From NCBI GenBank assembly GCA_002104945.1, contig MCFH01000066.1:62001-126000 (forward strand): 64,000 nt of DNA. Reading direction: 5' to 3'. A model generated the notes under the pieces. That model did not search any database. It was not told the DNA's origin and saw only the letters and a program-made list of their open reading frames with translations. Shown here in pieces: positions 40,801 to 55,300 of the stretch; position 1 is the stretch's first letter, and each line of letters begins with the position of its first letter. The stretch is from Piromyces finnis finn. Its lineage: Eukaryota > Fungi > Neocallimastigomycota. Made by a program: the position numbers and the translations under genes.

Positions 40801-43800
40801 AATTGCATTTAATTCAGAATATTATCCACGTTTATTAACTGGTGCAAAGGAAATTATTGAATGTGATTATGATAATTCATCTAAAAATGTTACTTGTAAA
40901 TTAGATAAAGAAACTGCCGTTAAGCCAAATTCTGTTTATATCAATGGTTTATTCGGTAAACCAAAAGGTGATGAAGAAAATCCATTAATTATTTGTGATG
41001 CCACAAAGTGTACACCATCTAAAGCTAAGATTACCGGAACTAGTAAGAGTTACTACATCAATTCAGATATTCAAAGTGTCAATAAAACTTTAAAGAACGA
41101 TATCATTGAATGTACTAAAGAAAGTGAAGAATGTACTCTTAGTAATGGTTCCAATACCAATGTTTACTTGAATGCCAATTTCAATGCTGAAAGTAATCAA
41201 AATCAATTAATTATTTGTAGAACCAACGGTGGATGTTCAGAACAAAAAGCCAATTCCACTACCACTGACTTACATTACTTTGTCAACGCTGGTAGTACAA
41301 TTAAAACAGCATTAAATGAAACTTTAATTGAGTGTAAGGATACTTGTCAAGTTTTAACTACCGTTAAAGACAGTAATATTTTCATTGATCAATTTGATAC
41401 CTCCCACATCATTCAATGTTACGAAGATCAAGGTTGTAAATCCACTCCAAGTCATGCCACTGATAAAAAGAATGAAATTTTCTTAAATTCCAGTGACCTT
41501 AGTAGTTCAACCAATGCTAAATTAACTAAAGATTTAATTAAATGTATCTTTGACAAAGGAGTCATTACCTGTTCCGCAAAGGATGGAGCTCCAGATGAAG
41601 TATATGTCAATTCTCATAACAACACTGAAATTATTTATTGTACCACCGAAGATGGTTGTAAAAGTAAGGCTAGTGGGGCTACTGCCACTCAACCAGAATA
41701 CTATGTTAATGCTGATCCAACAGATGCTGATGCCTTAAACGGTGATTTAATCAAGTGTAAAATGAGTGATTCAAAGGTTACATGTGAAGTTACCTATGGT
41801 AATGATGGAGATGTTTTCCTTAATGCCAACTATGAAAATGATGCTGCCAAAAAGCCATTAATTATGTGTTCTGCCGAAAGTGGATGTATTACCGATGCTA
41901 GTAAGACTACCGATAAATTACTTCCAGCTTACTATGTTAATGCTGGTAGTGTTCTTTCCTCCAAGTTAAATGACACTCTTATTGAATGTACCTATGAAAC
42001 TAATGCTGAATGTAGTATTAAAGTTGCTCTTCAAAATGAAGTTTACGTCAACTCTGCCAACAACACCGTCACCAATCCATTAATTAAATGTAATGCTAAT
42101 GGTTGTAAGGTTAGCATTAGTTCTGCCACTGAAAAGAGTAAGGAATACTATGTTAATGCTGGTGATGGTAATGAAAAGCCACTTGAAGCTGATATCATTG
42201 AATGTGTCAGTGGTGAAGAAGGTATTGAATGTACCGTATTAGAAAAGGCCAATGAAGGAGTCTATGTTAATTCCAATTACTCTGAAAACGGTGATGCCAA
42301 ACAATTAATTCAATGTCGTAAAGACACTGGATGTGCTGGTATCAAGACCTCCCCATCCAGCTCTGAATACTATGTCAATGCTGAAGCTACCGACCTCAAC
42401 AATGCCATTATTTTCTGTGCCAACAAAAAGTGTGAAAAACAAACACCAACTGGTGTTCCAACTTACTATGTTGGTAGTAATGGTGATAGTCAAGAGGATC
42501 AAGTCAATGGTTTAATTGAATGTACAGAATCTGAACCAGCCGATGACACCTCATCCAGAAGAAAGAGAGCCACCGAAAAGAAATGTAAATTAAAGCCAGC
42601 CTTCACTTCTAATGGATACTACTTAAACAGTGGTTACAACAAGTCCGTTAATCAAACCATTCTTTGTGATTCTTCCGAAGGATGTGCCACTGAAAAGGTC
42701 ATTCTTGGTTACTATGTCAATGCTGGTGACACCACCAAACCAGTCATTAAATGTGAAAAGGAAGGTACAGAATGTGTTGAAGAAGAAAGCAAGGAATGTC
42801 CAAGTTCTTCTGATATTATTCCAGGTAATTACTGTTACAGTGAAGGATCTCTTAAATTTTATCCATCCAGCAACTCCACAGCTATTTCTGCTTCTAAATC
42901 GGATGATATCTACACTTTTGCTACCATTCCAGCCAACGGTTTCCCAGGTATTAAATCTGAAACTGGAGCGTTATTCAAGATTTCTCGTTACTACATCAAT
43001 CGTTTCTACCAAAGTGGCGTTGTTATGATTGATAAGAATGGTAAATTAGTTGATAATTTATCAGCAGCTGATCAATCCGACATTAGTGTCTATGACTGTA
43101 ACGATTCCACCAAGATGTGTACTGAACGTTCAGGATGCACCAACAACACCTACATGTTCGATTCTGAAAATAAAAAGGCTGTCTTCTGTAATAACAATAA
43201 ATTAGAATATGCCGAATTCACTGGATATGTTGTTGATGGTAATCGTGCCGTTGGTACGAATCATCCATACATTATTCATTGTGAAAACAATGGTAGTAAA
43301 TGTGAAAGTATCAAACCAAAGGTTTCCTCCTACTACGAAAACAATGGTTATGATTCCAGTGCCAATGGATTAATTGAATGCAGTGGTAATAACTGTATCA
43401 CTGTTGGTGCCACTGTTGGATACTATGTTGGACATGAAGGTAAGGGTATTATTCAATGTACCTCTTCCACTTCATGTGTCTATGCCGATTCCAAGTCCAA
43501 GGTGAAGTATGTCAATGCTGGATCTAACAAATCTTCCAATGCCATCATTTCATGTACCAAGGATTCATGTGTCTCAACCAAGGCCAACACTGGTTACTAT
43601 TTAACCTACACTAGTACTCTTTTAATTCAATGTACTAATCCATCCAACTGTGTTGAATTCACACCATCTGTCAATTACTACGACAATGCTGATTCTTCCG
43701 AAAGTAGCAATACCATCATCAATTGTGTTCAAAACAGTCAAGTCATTACTTGTTCCACTGAAGCCACCAACAGTGGTTTCTACATTTCCAGTACACCAAA

Positions 43801-45817
43801 TGTTTTAATTCGTTGTAAATCCGGCAACAAGTGTAAGACTGTCACAGTAAAGAATGGTATATTCCGTGGAGCCATCAAGAGTAATACTTCAGGTTCAAAG
43901 CGTTCTGATGATGAAAAAGAAAGCCAAGTTGAAAGTTCAATTGAGAGTCAAATTGAAAGTGAAGTTGAAGTTGAAGGTAATGATGATGGAAAGAGTGTTG
44001 TTATTCCAAGAGGATCCGATGATTCCTACGATATCATTCGTTGTATTCAAGAAAAGTGTTCCGCTCTTTCGCCAAGCGAAGTCTCTGCCATTCCAATTTG
44101 TGAATTCAACAACAACAAGTGTTACATCACCAATGAATATGCCATGACCAAGTCAGCCACCACTTCCATTTCAGCTGGTAGTATTTGTACCAACAATGAT
44201 CGTTCCGTTTTCTACTTTGCTACCGATACTGTTGTTGTTAAGCCAAATGTTATTTCAGGTAGTACCACCACTTACATCTACACCACCACCAATTCCAACT
44301 GTTTAGAAGTCAATGATTCGTACAGTGACATGTACTTTACGGTTGGTTCGAACATCTACCTTTTAGATCAAGGTAGTGTTTTACAATTCTATGAACAAGG
44401 ATACTATTTCATCAACACAGCCAAGAATGCCATTGTTGGTGGTAGTGATATTGACAATTACAATGACAAGAATGTCAAGCTCTACAGATGTAATGGTAGT
44501 AGTTGTAGCATTTTAGATAAGCCAGATTCCTTAACTTTCTATGCCGATGTCAACAAACGTATTCTTAGATACAATGTCAACAGTGGTTCTTACTCTTTTG
44601 CCTATGAAAAGGACATCATTTGTATTTTCGCCAATAACAAGTGTACACCTAATGCTGATTTAAAGAATCAAGAATTCTGTATTACATACAAGGGAGAATT
44701 AGCTCTTGCCAAGGCAGATATCAAGAACCGTGAAACCGGAGAATGTTACAAGGCCAGTAGTCTTAGTTCCACCATCTATGGTTATTCTCAATCCTTATAT
44801 TCCATGAATTTATATTCAGCTGAAATGATTGATGAAACCGGTTATTACATTGTTAGTCTTTCCACCAACACCACCGTCGTCAGTAAGAACTACAAGACCA
44901 AGAATAACAAGCTTGTCATCTATGGTTGTCAACTCTCTTCCTGTAAGGAAATTGAACCAGAAGAAGATACCTATTACTATGATTCACGTGCCAAGACCAT
45001 TCTTCGTTACAAGGATGGTGCCTGGAAGACACCAGAAACCTCTGGTTATGCCTACATTTCCATTGATCCAGTCAACACCTACATCTACAGATTCACCAAG
45101 ATCAATGATGAAGTCAAGATCAATGGTATTGCCAACTACGGCTACTACTACACGGTTGATGGAGAAATGTACAACTGTAATCAAGATGAAGGAGGTGCCT
45201 GTACTCCAATCAACAACACCGGTTACTACTTTACCAATGCTGGTGAAGTTTACTATTGTGTACATGATTCCGAAAACTTGGAACCAACCGAATGTACCAA
45301 GCAAGCCTGTATTAGTGGACAATACTATTACATTGATGAAGCCTACTACAGATGTGAAAGTAGTTCCAGTCTTGTTCCAGTGATGTCTCGTTACTGTTCG
45401 TACAATGAAAATGTCATCATCAACTTCCCATTAGCCTTGACCGAGGAATACCCAGACAAGATTAAACAAGCAGTTGAAGGTATTGAAAAGAACAACAATT
45501 CCACAGCCATTATTAGACGTAGTGGAAAGAATTATTTAGAATCTGTTTCCGGTATTTTCACCAACTGTACCTACAATGTTGAAGAAACCAAGTCCACATT
45601 TGATTTAGTTTGTGTCAACAACTTTGTCAAGGTGGATGAAGAAACGGATGATGTCAAGATTTGTTCTATTGAAAAGCTCGGTTATGTTGAATGTACCGAA
45701 GAAGAAGAAAATCCCGAAAAATGTAATGTTAGTTTTGGTATTTCCAGAGCTTCCATTTCCATTCTTGGTATAGTAGTATCTACTTTACTTGTTGTATTAT
45801 TCAATGAACGTAATTAA
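37811..45817 (+). CDS. Array gene 3: secreted, C-terminally anchored Cys-repeat scaffoldin-like protein, 2473 aa
   Basis: Exons 37811-37833, 38297-38355 and 38478-45817 (total 7422 nt). Signal peptide MILKKLKRIPFSIFLAVLSLSQRGFA. In frame with ORF 38696. Confidence 0.88.
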
Positions 45818-48800
45818 ATTACGTTGTAATATCAGTAAACAATGTACAATATATAAATACAATATGAAATATTAAAATATTTCATTCAACTATAAATTAT
45901 TCAATACAATTTATAATTCAATCATAAATATATATATCATAAATATAAACAATTCACTCAATTATATCTGTAATCAATTTACATATTTTTTTTTACAAAT
46001 ATATTTTCTTAAAGAAAACAAATTCAATATTTAAAAAAATATCATTTTATTATTTGTAATTAAAACAACTATAAAATATCAATACTTTTTCAATTAATAG
46101 TTTTAATTATTATTAATAATTAAAAAAAAGAATAAATCCAATATTAAATCAATGAAGTAATAAGGAATTGAAATTTATTTTAATTCTTTAAACATTAAAA
46201 TAATTTGTTTTATCAGTAACTCTGCTGATAATAAAGAAAAATATATAAGAATTAAATAATTTAATTTTATACTATCGTTATTCAAAAATTATTTTATAAA
46301 TTATAATTTATAAAAAATAGAAATATTCATAAATACGAAAACATTATAATTACAATCGTACAACATTTCATAAATATCTTTTCATTTAAATTAATGTTAA
46401 AATAATGAATTATTTAAAAATGATTTTAAAATGAGTTTTTAAATAATTTTTTATTTTACTTTTTAATTGAAGCATTTCAATTATATATTTAAAATACCCT
46501 ATAAATACCAAAATTATATTTTGTATTTAAAAAAAAAAAAAAGAAAGTTGACATTATTAAAAAAAAAATGAAAATTATATTTTCATTTAAAAGTAATTAG
46601 TTATAATGAATAACTTTTTTTTTTTTTTGATCATTTTCAAATCATAAATATCAATTTTTATTTATTCATCATTTTAATGATTTTTTTTTAACGAAATTCA
46701 CAACACAAATATTCAAATTATTTTCTATCTATTGTTATTTTTTTTATAAAAAAAATAATAAAAAAACATCATTATTTCATAATTATTCAATATATAAAAG
46801 CATTTTATATAAAAAATAAAAATATAAAAAAATATAAAAAAAAATATTATAATTTAATAGTCATAAATATATTTTAAAATGTGTTTTTTATTTATTTTTT
46901 TTATTTTATTTTAATACAAGAACAAGATAAATATTAAAATATTTATTATAAAACAAAAAAAAAAAAAAACAATTTTAAAAAATATATTTAAATTTTTTTT
47001 TTTTTTTTATTTTGTTAGATTTATGGAGGGAGGGAAAACTAAAAATATTTAAATTTTATTTATATAAAACACAAAAATTAAAGTTTTTTTTTTTTTTTTT
47101 AATTTTTAAAATGTGGAAACGGTCAATTTTTTTCTCGCGTGTTAAAGTAAAAAATTAACCATAAAAAGTTTTCTTTTTTTTAATGAATTTAAAAAAATAT
47201 AAAAAAAAATTAAAGAAATATTATTTAAAAAAAAAAAAAAAAAAAAAAAAAGAAAATTCAACATTTTAAATAAATAATAAAAAGATTTTTAAATTATTTT
47301 ATTAATGGGATATATATCATCATTTAAATAATAAAAAGTCAAAAAAAAAAAAAAAAAAAAAAAAAAGGAATAATTATTAAAAATTGAAATGAAATATAAA
47401 AAAAAAAAACTAATTTGTAATTTTATCATTTTTTATTCCAATTTAAATAGTATAAAAAAAAAGTATTAATAAAAAAAAACGCTATTATTTATTATATTAA
47501 TTTTATTTTATTTTTTTTTATTTTTAATTTTTAAGAGAGGACATCTTTTACAAATTTAACTTCAATTTAAAAGTACTAAATTATTATTTGAAATAGATTA
47601 TTAAATACCCTTTTATACTGACAATAAAATAAAGTTATGATAAGTAATACTCTATGAATTTTAATTGTTACTATTTTGAAAACTAATTGATCCTATTTTG
47701 AATAATGAACTCCAAATTTTTTTTTAAATAAAGTACTTATTATGTAGTTCCTCTATCTATCCTTAGTAGTATTTTGTTTTATTTTTTAAAAAAAAATATC
47801 ATATTATTATTACATATATTTATTTTTATTATTCCTTTTATTATTATAAATAGTTTTATATTTTTTATTGATTAAATGGGAATGTCCTTTACTTTATATA
47901 TATTATAAATAAATATTATGTTTTTTTTTTTTTACTTTATTTTTTATTAAAAAAAAAAAAATATCGACGATATCCTTTTAATACAAATAATAATAACAAA
48001 TATTTATATAATTTTTTTTATTATAACCTATCATAAGAATAATAAATAATAGAAAGTGATATTATTTCAAAATTTTATATAAATAAAATACTCTTAAGAT
48101 TATATAATGATTGTTTCATACATAGATTTATATGAATTAAAAAAAAAAAAGTTATTACAATTTTTTAAATTTCATCCACATTATCAAAATGGATCATCCA
48201 TATTTTCAAATGAAAGATTAATTCTATGTTATTTCTATTAAAAAAAAAACACTTTTTTTTTTCTATAGCTTTAAAAATAATTAAAATAATGAATTATTAT
48301 ATTATAAAAACAAAAGAAAAAAAATATTGAAAAATAAAAAAAAGAAATAGACCCAATTGATTAAAGTTTAATAAATAGAGGTAGAAGAAAGAAAAACAAA
48401 ACCATTTTATTTTATTATTTAAATATTATTTATTTATTTTATTATTTATTTATTTATTTATTTATTTAAATACTATTTAATAATAATAATAATTAAAAAA
48501 TAATTTTTTTTTATTGGTAAATTCTTTTTTTTTTTTATTTAATAATTTAAAAAAAAAATAAAAAATTTTTATTATTAATTAAAGTTTTGAAAATTAAAAA
48601 AAATTTTTTTTAAAAAAAAAAACTCAGCAAAAAAAGAAAAAAAAAAAGAGCCTAACCCAATTATTACAGTTAAAGGGAAAAAAAGCGTTTTACTAGCAAC
48701 AAACATAGTAAAAATAAAAAAAGAGATAATTTTTATTACATAAAAAAATAGTTAAGAAAACAAGAATTGGAGGAATAAATAATATTTTAAAAAAAATAAT

Positions 48801-49340
48801 AAAATTAAAAAAAAAAAAAAAAAGAAATTTATTTTTTTTATAATTCAAAAAAATTTCAATTCATTTTGAATCTATTCCAATATATTTGTATCATATATTA
48901 ATTTAAATTAAATTTATTTTTTTAAAATTATTTAAAAACAAAAAAAAAGTCCAAAAAAAAAAAATAAAAACATTTTTGGTAAAAAAAAGAAAAAATAAAA
49001 ATTCTTTTTTTTTTATTTATTTTTAAAAAAAAATATAATTTTTTTTTTATTTAAATAAAAGATAGAATTTTATTTTTTTTTCTAAATTTCTTTAAATATA
49101 ATTTAGTAAAGGAAAAAGAAAAAAAGAAAGAGAGAAATAAAATATTTTTAAAGAAATAAACCAAGAAAAAAAATTATCTTTATTTTATTAATAATAAATG
49201 CCAGAATTTTTATTTTAATAAAAATTTTGGAAGATTCACAAAAAAAAAAAAAAAAACTTTTTAAAATAAAGAAAATAAAATAATCATCGTTGATTTTTTA
49301 TAATTTTCTAAAGTTTATTAAATAATTTTTAATAACAAAA

Positions 49341-52300
49341 ATGTTTCCGAAACTAAAAAGGTAAAAAAAAAATATTAAGAATAAAATAATAATAAGAATA
49401 TAGTTTTATTTTTTAAATAATAATTAAAAAAAAAATTATATTTTTAATATGTAAAATTTAATTATATTTAATATTAATTTAAATTTAACTATTTATAAAA
49501 ATTTAAATATTTCAATTTCATGTATTTTATAGGATACCATTAACATTATTAACATTAGCATCCCTTATAAAAGTTATTTCAGCGACTTCTGAAACTGGTA
49601 AATTTTTTTATTTTAAAATTAAATATAAAAAAAAAATAAATTATTAAAATTTTATTGATATATAATTTTAGAATTAAAAACTTGTGATAATAATTTATCA
49701 ATACCTGATAGTCCCCAATCATGTTCAGGAACACTTTCTGGTAAATTCTGTATAAAAGATTCTGTAATCTATGGAAGTTCAACTAGTGTTTGTAAACTTA
49801 CCACTGATGGTGATTATCTTTTTAAAGATGATGGAGAAACATTAATTACATCAGTATCATCTGGAACAAAAGGTTTATTATATACTATTTCAAGCGAAGA
49901 AGCCGAGCAAACTACAGAAAATAATATACTAGTTACAATTAGTAATAAAAACTATTTATTTGTATGTGATTCTGAATCTAAAATATGTACAGAATCTTCT
50001 AAAGAAGGATATTATTTAACAGGAGACAGTGGAAGTTCCGCTAAATTATACTACTGTGACAGTAGTAAAGCTTGTAGTACAAAAACTGGTTTATTAGACG
50101 GTTTTTACCCTAAAGGACCTATTGTAAATAGTGGTTATACTAGTTTAATCCAATGTTCTTCTACAAAATGTGAAGAACTAGAAGAAGTTCAAGCAGATAG
50201 TTTCTATCCTTGTGGTACTGGTGCTGTATCTGGTACACCAATTAAATATAAAAAATTGTTATCTTGTTCAGGTTCAGACACTGTTACATGCTCTGAATTA
50301 GCTACAAATAATATTGGATATTATTTAAATGGTAATGGTTATAGTGAAGGTTTTATTAGTTTAATTTATTGTTCTTCAGCAACTGAATGTACTGAATTTT
50401 CCAAGGGAAAAAAAAATGCTTTTTATATTAATGCAAAAAAGGCATCTGAAGTAATCGGTTATAATGGTACTAAATTTTCAAGTGCAGCTGGTGTAACCAC
50501 TGCTGGTAGTGCTTATATTGATGGTGGAAGTATTCCTGATGGTGAAGAAGCAGAAGCAGCAAATGTAATTAGTTGTGTTGGTGGTACCTGTATATCTATA
50601 CCTAAAGGTAATGCCAGTACCGATTTAAGTACAGGTTTTTTGAATGCTAATGAAGAAGATACAGATAATGAAATTATTCTTTGTAATGGAACATCATGTG
50701 TTGGAGATCCAGGACCAAATGATGCTGGACAAGCTGTTGTTGATGGTAGTAATTTAAATAGTCTTATTATTTATGATGGAACTGATATTGTAAGTCTACC
50801 AACTCCAAGTACATTAGATGGTCATGTTTATATTGATTATGCAAGCGGAACTGAAGAAGTATTTAAAAATATTATTCGTTGTGAAAGTACTGGATGTACT
50901 GTTTCTGCTGGTGTTGACGGATCAGAAACTGGTCAAGCTTACATTGATGCTATAACTAATGCAAACATTATTAAATGTACAGATGCCGATGGTTGTACAT
51001 CAGCTGAAAACGAAACTGAAGGTTCTGCCTATATTGATGCCTTAAAATCTTCCAATGTTATTTTATGTAATGAATCAGCATGCACTTCCTCTGAAGGTAT
51101 ATCCACTCCTGGTTACGGTTATTTAGATAAAGCTACAGAAGGAAATATTATTGTCTGTAAATCAGCTAATAATGTTACAACTTGTTCATCTATTGCCAAT
51201 GGTGGATCTGAAACTAGTCCAGTAGGATTCATTGATGCCAGTGTTAATGATGGAAAAACAATTATTGTTTGTAGCGGTGCAGAAGATAGTCCCTGTACTT
51301 CTTCTGAGACTGAAGTAACCCAAGGTCAAGCTTTTATTGATGGTACAAGTATTGTTGGTGAAACCTTTACTAATGTTATTGTTGCCGATGCTACAGCTGG
51401 TACTTTCTCTGCCTTAGCTGCCGCTGATAAGAAACCAAATACCACTCCAGGTTACGTTTACATTGATGCAAGTATTGAAGGTGCCGCTAATGTTATTCAA
51501 TGTACACTTGAAGGTTCAGCTGTCACTTGTACTTCAGCCGCAAATGAAGCTGTAGCAGGATTTGGATATCTTGATGCTACAGAAGAAGAAGAACACAAGA
51601 ATGTAATTCAATGTACTGAAGGTTGTAAATCCGAAGCAAATACTGCTGAAGAAGCAACCGAAGAAAAAGCTCCACAAAACGAATTTTTAATTAATGCCAG
51701 TGATAAAAAAAATATTATTGTATGTACTTCATCTGAAGGATGTTCCACCATTGTAGGTAATAGTGATACCACCGGTAATAAGTATTATCCATATAGTGTA
51801 ACAAATGAAAATATCATTAAATGTGAACATAATGCAGAATGTGCAACAGATAATCATGCTGGAGCTGACGGCAAAGCCTACTATATTAACGGATATGAAG
51901 ACAAGTATGTTTTAGCTTGTGATACCACTGATGGTTGTGTCACTTCATTTAATCTTGCCACTGCTGATCAACCATCCTATTATGTTGATTCTAGCGCTGA
52001 CAACCAACCATTAATTATTACCTGTACACCAGATAAATGTACTTCTGGACCAGGTTCTACCTTGGAAGGTACCGCTTACAAAGATCCAATTGACGCTAAA
52101 AATGTTATTATTTGTGAATCTGAAACTGCCGCTTGTACTGCTCCTGCCGCTGGTGCCGGTGATAGCGCAGATACTTACATTGATGCTGGTGATCTTTCCC
52201 AAATTATTAGCTGTAACGATACTGCCTGTAGTTACATTGCCACTAAGCCAGTTGCCTTTAATTCCGAATATTATGCCCGTTTTGCTGAGGGTGTTGCCGA

Positions 52301-55300
52301 AATTATTGAATGTGATTTTAATACCACTTCCACCAAAAAAAGTATCTGTAAATTAGATACTGAAACTGCCGTCCAACCCAACGCCGTATTCAGAAATGCT
52401 CTTTTCGGAAAAGAAAATGGTGATGCCACCAATCCATTAATTATTTGTGATAATGAAAGTAAATGTGCTCCATCCACCGTCACTGTTTCTGAATTTGGAA
52501 AGAGTTACTACATTAATTCCGATGTTCAAAGTGTCAATAAAACTTTAAATAACGATATTATTGAATGTACCGAAGAAAGTAAAGAATGTACCTTGATGAA
52601 CGGTTCCAATACCAGTGTTTACTTGAATGCTAATTTCGATGCTGATAATAATCCAAATCAATTAATTATTTGTAGAACCAATGGAGGATGTCTAGAACAA
52701 AAAGCCAATTCTACTGCTGACGATTTACATTACTTTGTTAATGCTGGTAGTGTTGTCAAGACCGCCTTAAATGAAACTTTAATTGAATGTAACGAGAGTA
52801 CCTGTGAAATTTTGACCACCGTCGAAGACAGTAATATTTTCATTGATCAATTCGACACATCCCATACCATTCAATGTTATCAAGCACAAGGTTGTAAATC
52901 CACTCCTAGCCGTGCTACCGATAAAAAGAATGAAATTTTCTTAAATTCCAGTGATCTTGTCAATTCCGAAGATCCATTAACTAAAGATTTAATTAAATGT
53001 GTCAACACTGAAGGTACCATTACTTGTTCTGCTATGGATGGTGCTGCCGATGAAGTCTACGTCAATGCTCATAACAACACTGAAATTATTTACTGTACCG
53101 ACGAAGATGGTTGTAAGAGTAAGGCTAGTGGTGCCACTGCCACTCAACCAGAATATTATGTTAATGCCGATCCAACCGATGTTGAAAAGTTAAACGGTGA
53201 TTTAATTAAATGTAAGAGTGATGGATCTAAAGTCATTTGTGAAGTTACCTATGGTAATGATGGTGATGTCTTCCTTAATGCCAACTATGAAAACGACTCT
53301 GCTAAAAAGCCATTGATTATGTGTTCCGCAGAAAGTGGATGTGCTACCGATGCCAGTAAGACTACCGATAAGTTACTTCCAGCTTACTACGTTAATGCCG
53401 GTAGCGTTCTTTCCTCCAAATTAAATGACACTCTTATTCAATGTACCTATGAAACTAATGCTGAATGTAGTATTAAAGTTGCTCTTCAAAATGAAGTTTA
53501 CGTCAACTCTGCCAACAACACCGTCACCAATCCATTAATTAAATGTAATGCTAATGGTTGTAAGGTTAGTATTAGTTCAGCCACTGAAAAGAGTAAGGAA
53601 TACTATGTCAATGCTGGTGATGGTAATGAAAAGCCACTTGAAGCTGATATCATTGAATGTGTCAGTGGTGAAGAAGGTATTGAATGTTCCGTATTAGAAA
53701 AAGCCAATGAAGGTGTCTATGTCAATTCCAATTACTCTGAAAATGGAGATGCCAAGCAATTAATTCAATGTCGTAAAGATACAGGATGTGCTGGTATCAA
53801 GACCTCACCATCTAATTCTGAATACTTTGTTAATGCTGAAGCTACCGATCTCAACAATGCCATTATTTTCTGTGCCAACAAAAAGTGTGAAAAACAAACA
53901 CCAACTGGTGTTCCAACTTACTATGTTGGTAGTAATGGTGATAGTCAAGAGGATCAAGTCAATGGTTTAATTGAATGTACAGAATCTGAACCAGCCGATG
54001 ACACCCCATCCAGAAGAAAGAGAGCCACCGAAAAGAAATGTAAATTAAAGCCAGCCTTCACTTCCAATGGCTACTACTTAAACAGTGGTTACAACAAGTC
54101 CGTTAATCAAACCATTCTTTGTGATTCTTCCGAAGGATGTGCCACTGAAAAGGTCATTCTTGGTTACTATGTCAATGCAGGTGATGCCACCAAACCAGTC
54201 ATTAAATGTGAAAAGGAAGGTACAGAATGTGTTGAAGAAGAAAGCAAGGAATGTCCAAGTTCTTTTGATATTATTCCAGGCAATTACTGTTACAGTGAAG
54301 GATCCTTAAAATTCTATCCATCTAGCAATTCCACAGCTATTTCTGCTTCTAAATCGGATGACATTTACACTTTTGCTACCATTCCAGCCAATGGTTTCCC
54401 AGGTATTAAATCTGAAACTGGAGCGTTATTCAAGATTTCTCGTTACTACATCAATCGTTTCTACCAAAGTGGCGTTGTTATGATTGATAAGAATGGTAAA
54501 TTAGTTGATAATTTATCAGCAGCTGATCAATCTGACATTAGTGTCTATGACTGTAATGATTCCACCAAGATGTGTACAGAACGTTCAGGATGTACTAGTA
54601 ACACCTACATGTTTGATAGCGAAAACAAAAAGGCCGTTTTCTGTAATAACAATAAATTAGAATATGCCGAATTCACTGGATATGTTGTTGATGGTAATCG
54701 TGCCGTTGGTACGAATCATCCATACATTATTCATTGTGAAAACAATGGTAGTAAATGTGAAAGTATCAAACCAAAGGTTTCCTCCTACTACGAAAACAAT
54801 GGTTATGATTCCAGTGCCAATGGATTAATTGAATGCAGTGGTAATAACTGTATCACTGTTGGTGCCACTGTTGGATATTATGTTGGACATGAAGGTAAGG
54901 GTATTATTCAATGTACCTCTTCCACTTCATGTGTCTATGCCGATTCCAAGTCCAAGGTGAAGTATGTCAATGCAGGATCTAACAAATCCTCCAATGCCAT
55001 CATTTCATGTACCAAGGATTCCTGTGTCTCCACTAAGGCCAACACTGGATACTATTTAACCTACACTAGTACTCTTTTAATTCAATGTACTAATCCATCC
55101 AACTGTGTAGAATTCACACCATCTGTCAATTACTACGACAATGCTGATTCATCCGAAAGTAGCAATACCATCATCAATTGTGTTCAAAACAGTCAAGTCA
55201 TTACCTGTTCCACTGAAGCCACCAACAGTGGTTTCTACATTTCCAGCACACCAAATGTTTTAATTCGTTGTAAATCCGGCAACAAGTGTAAGACGGTCAC

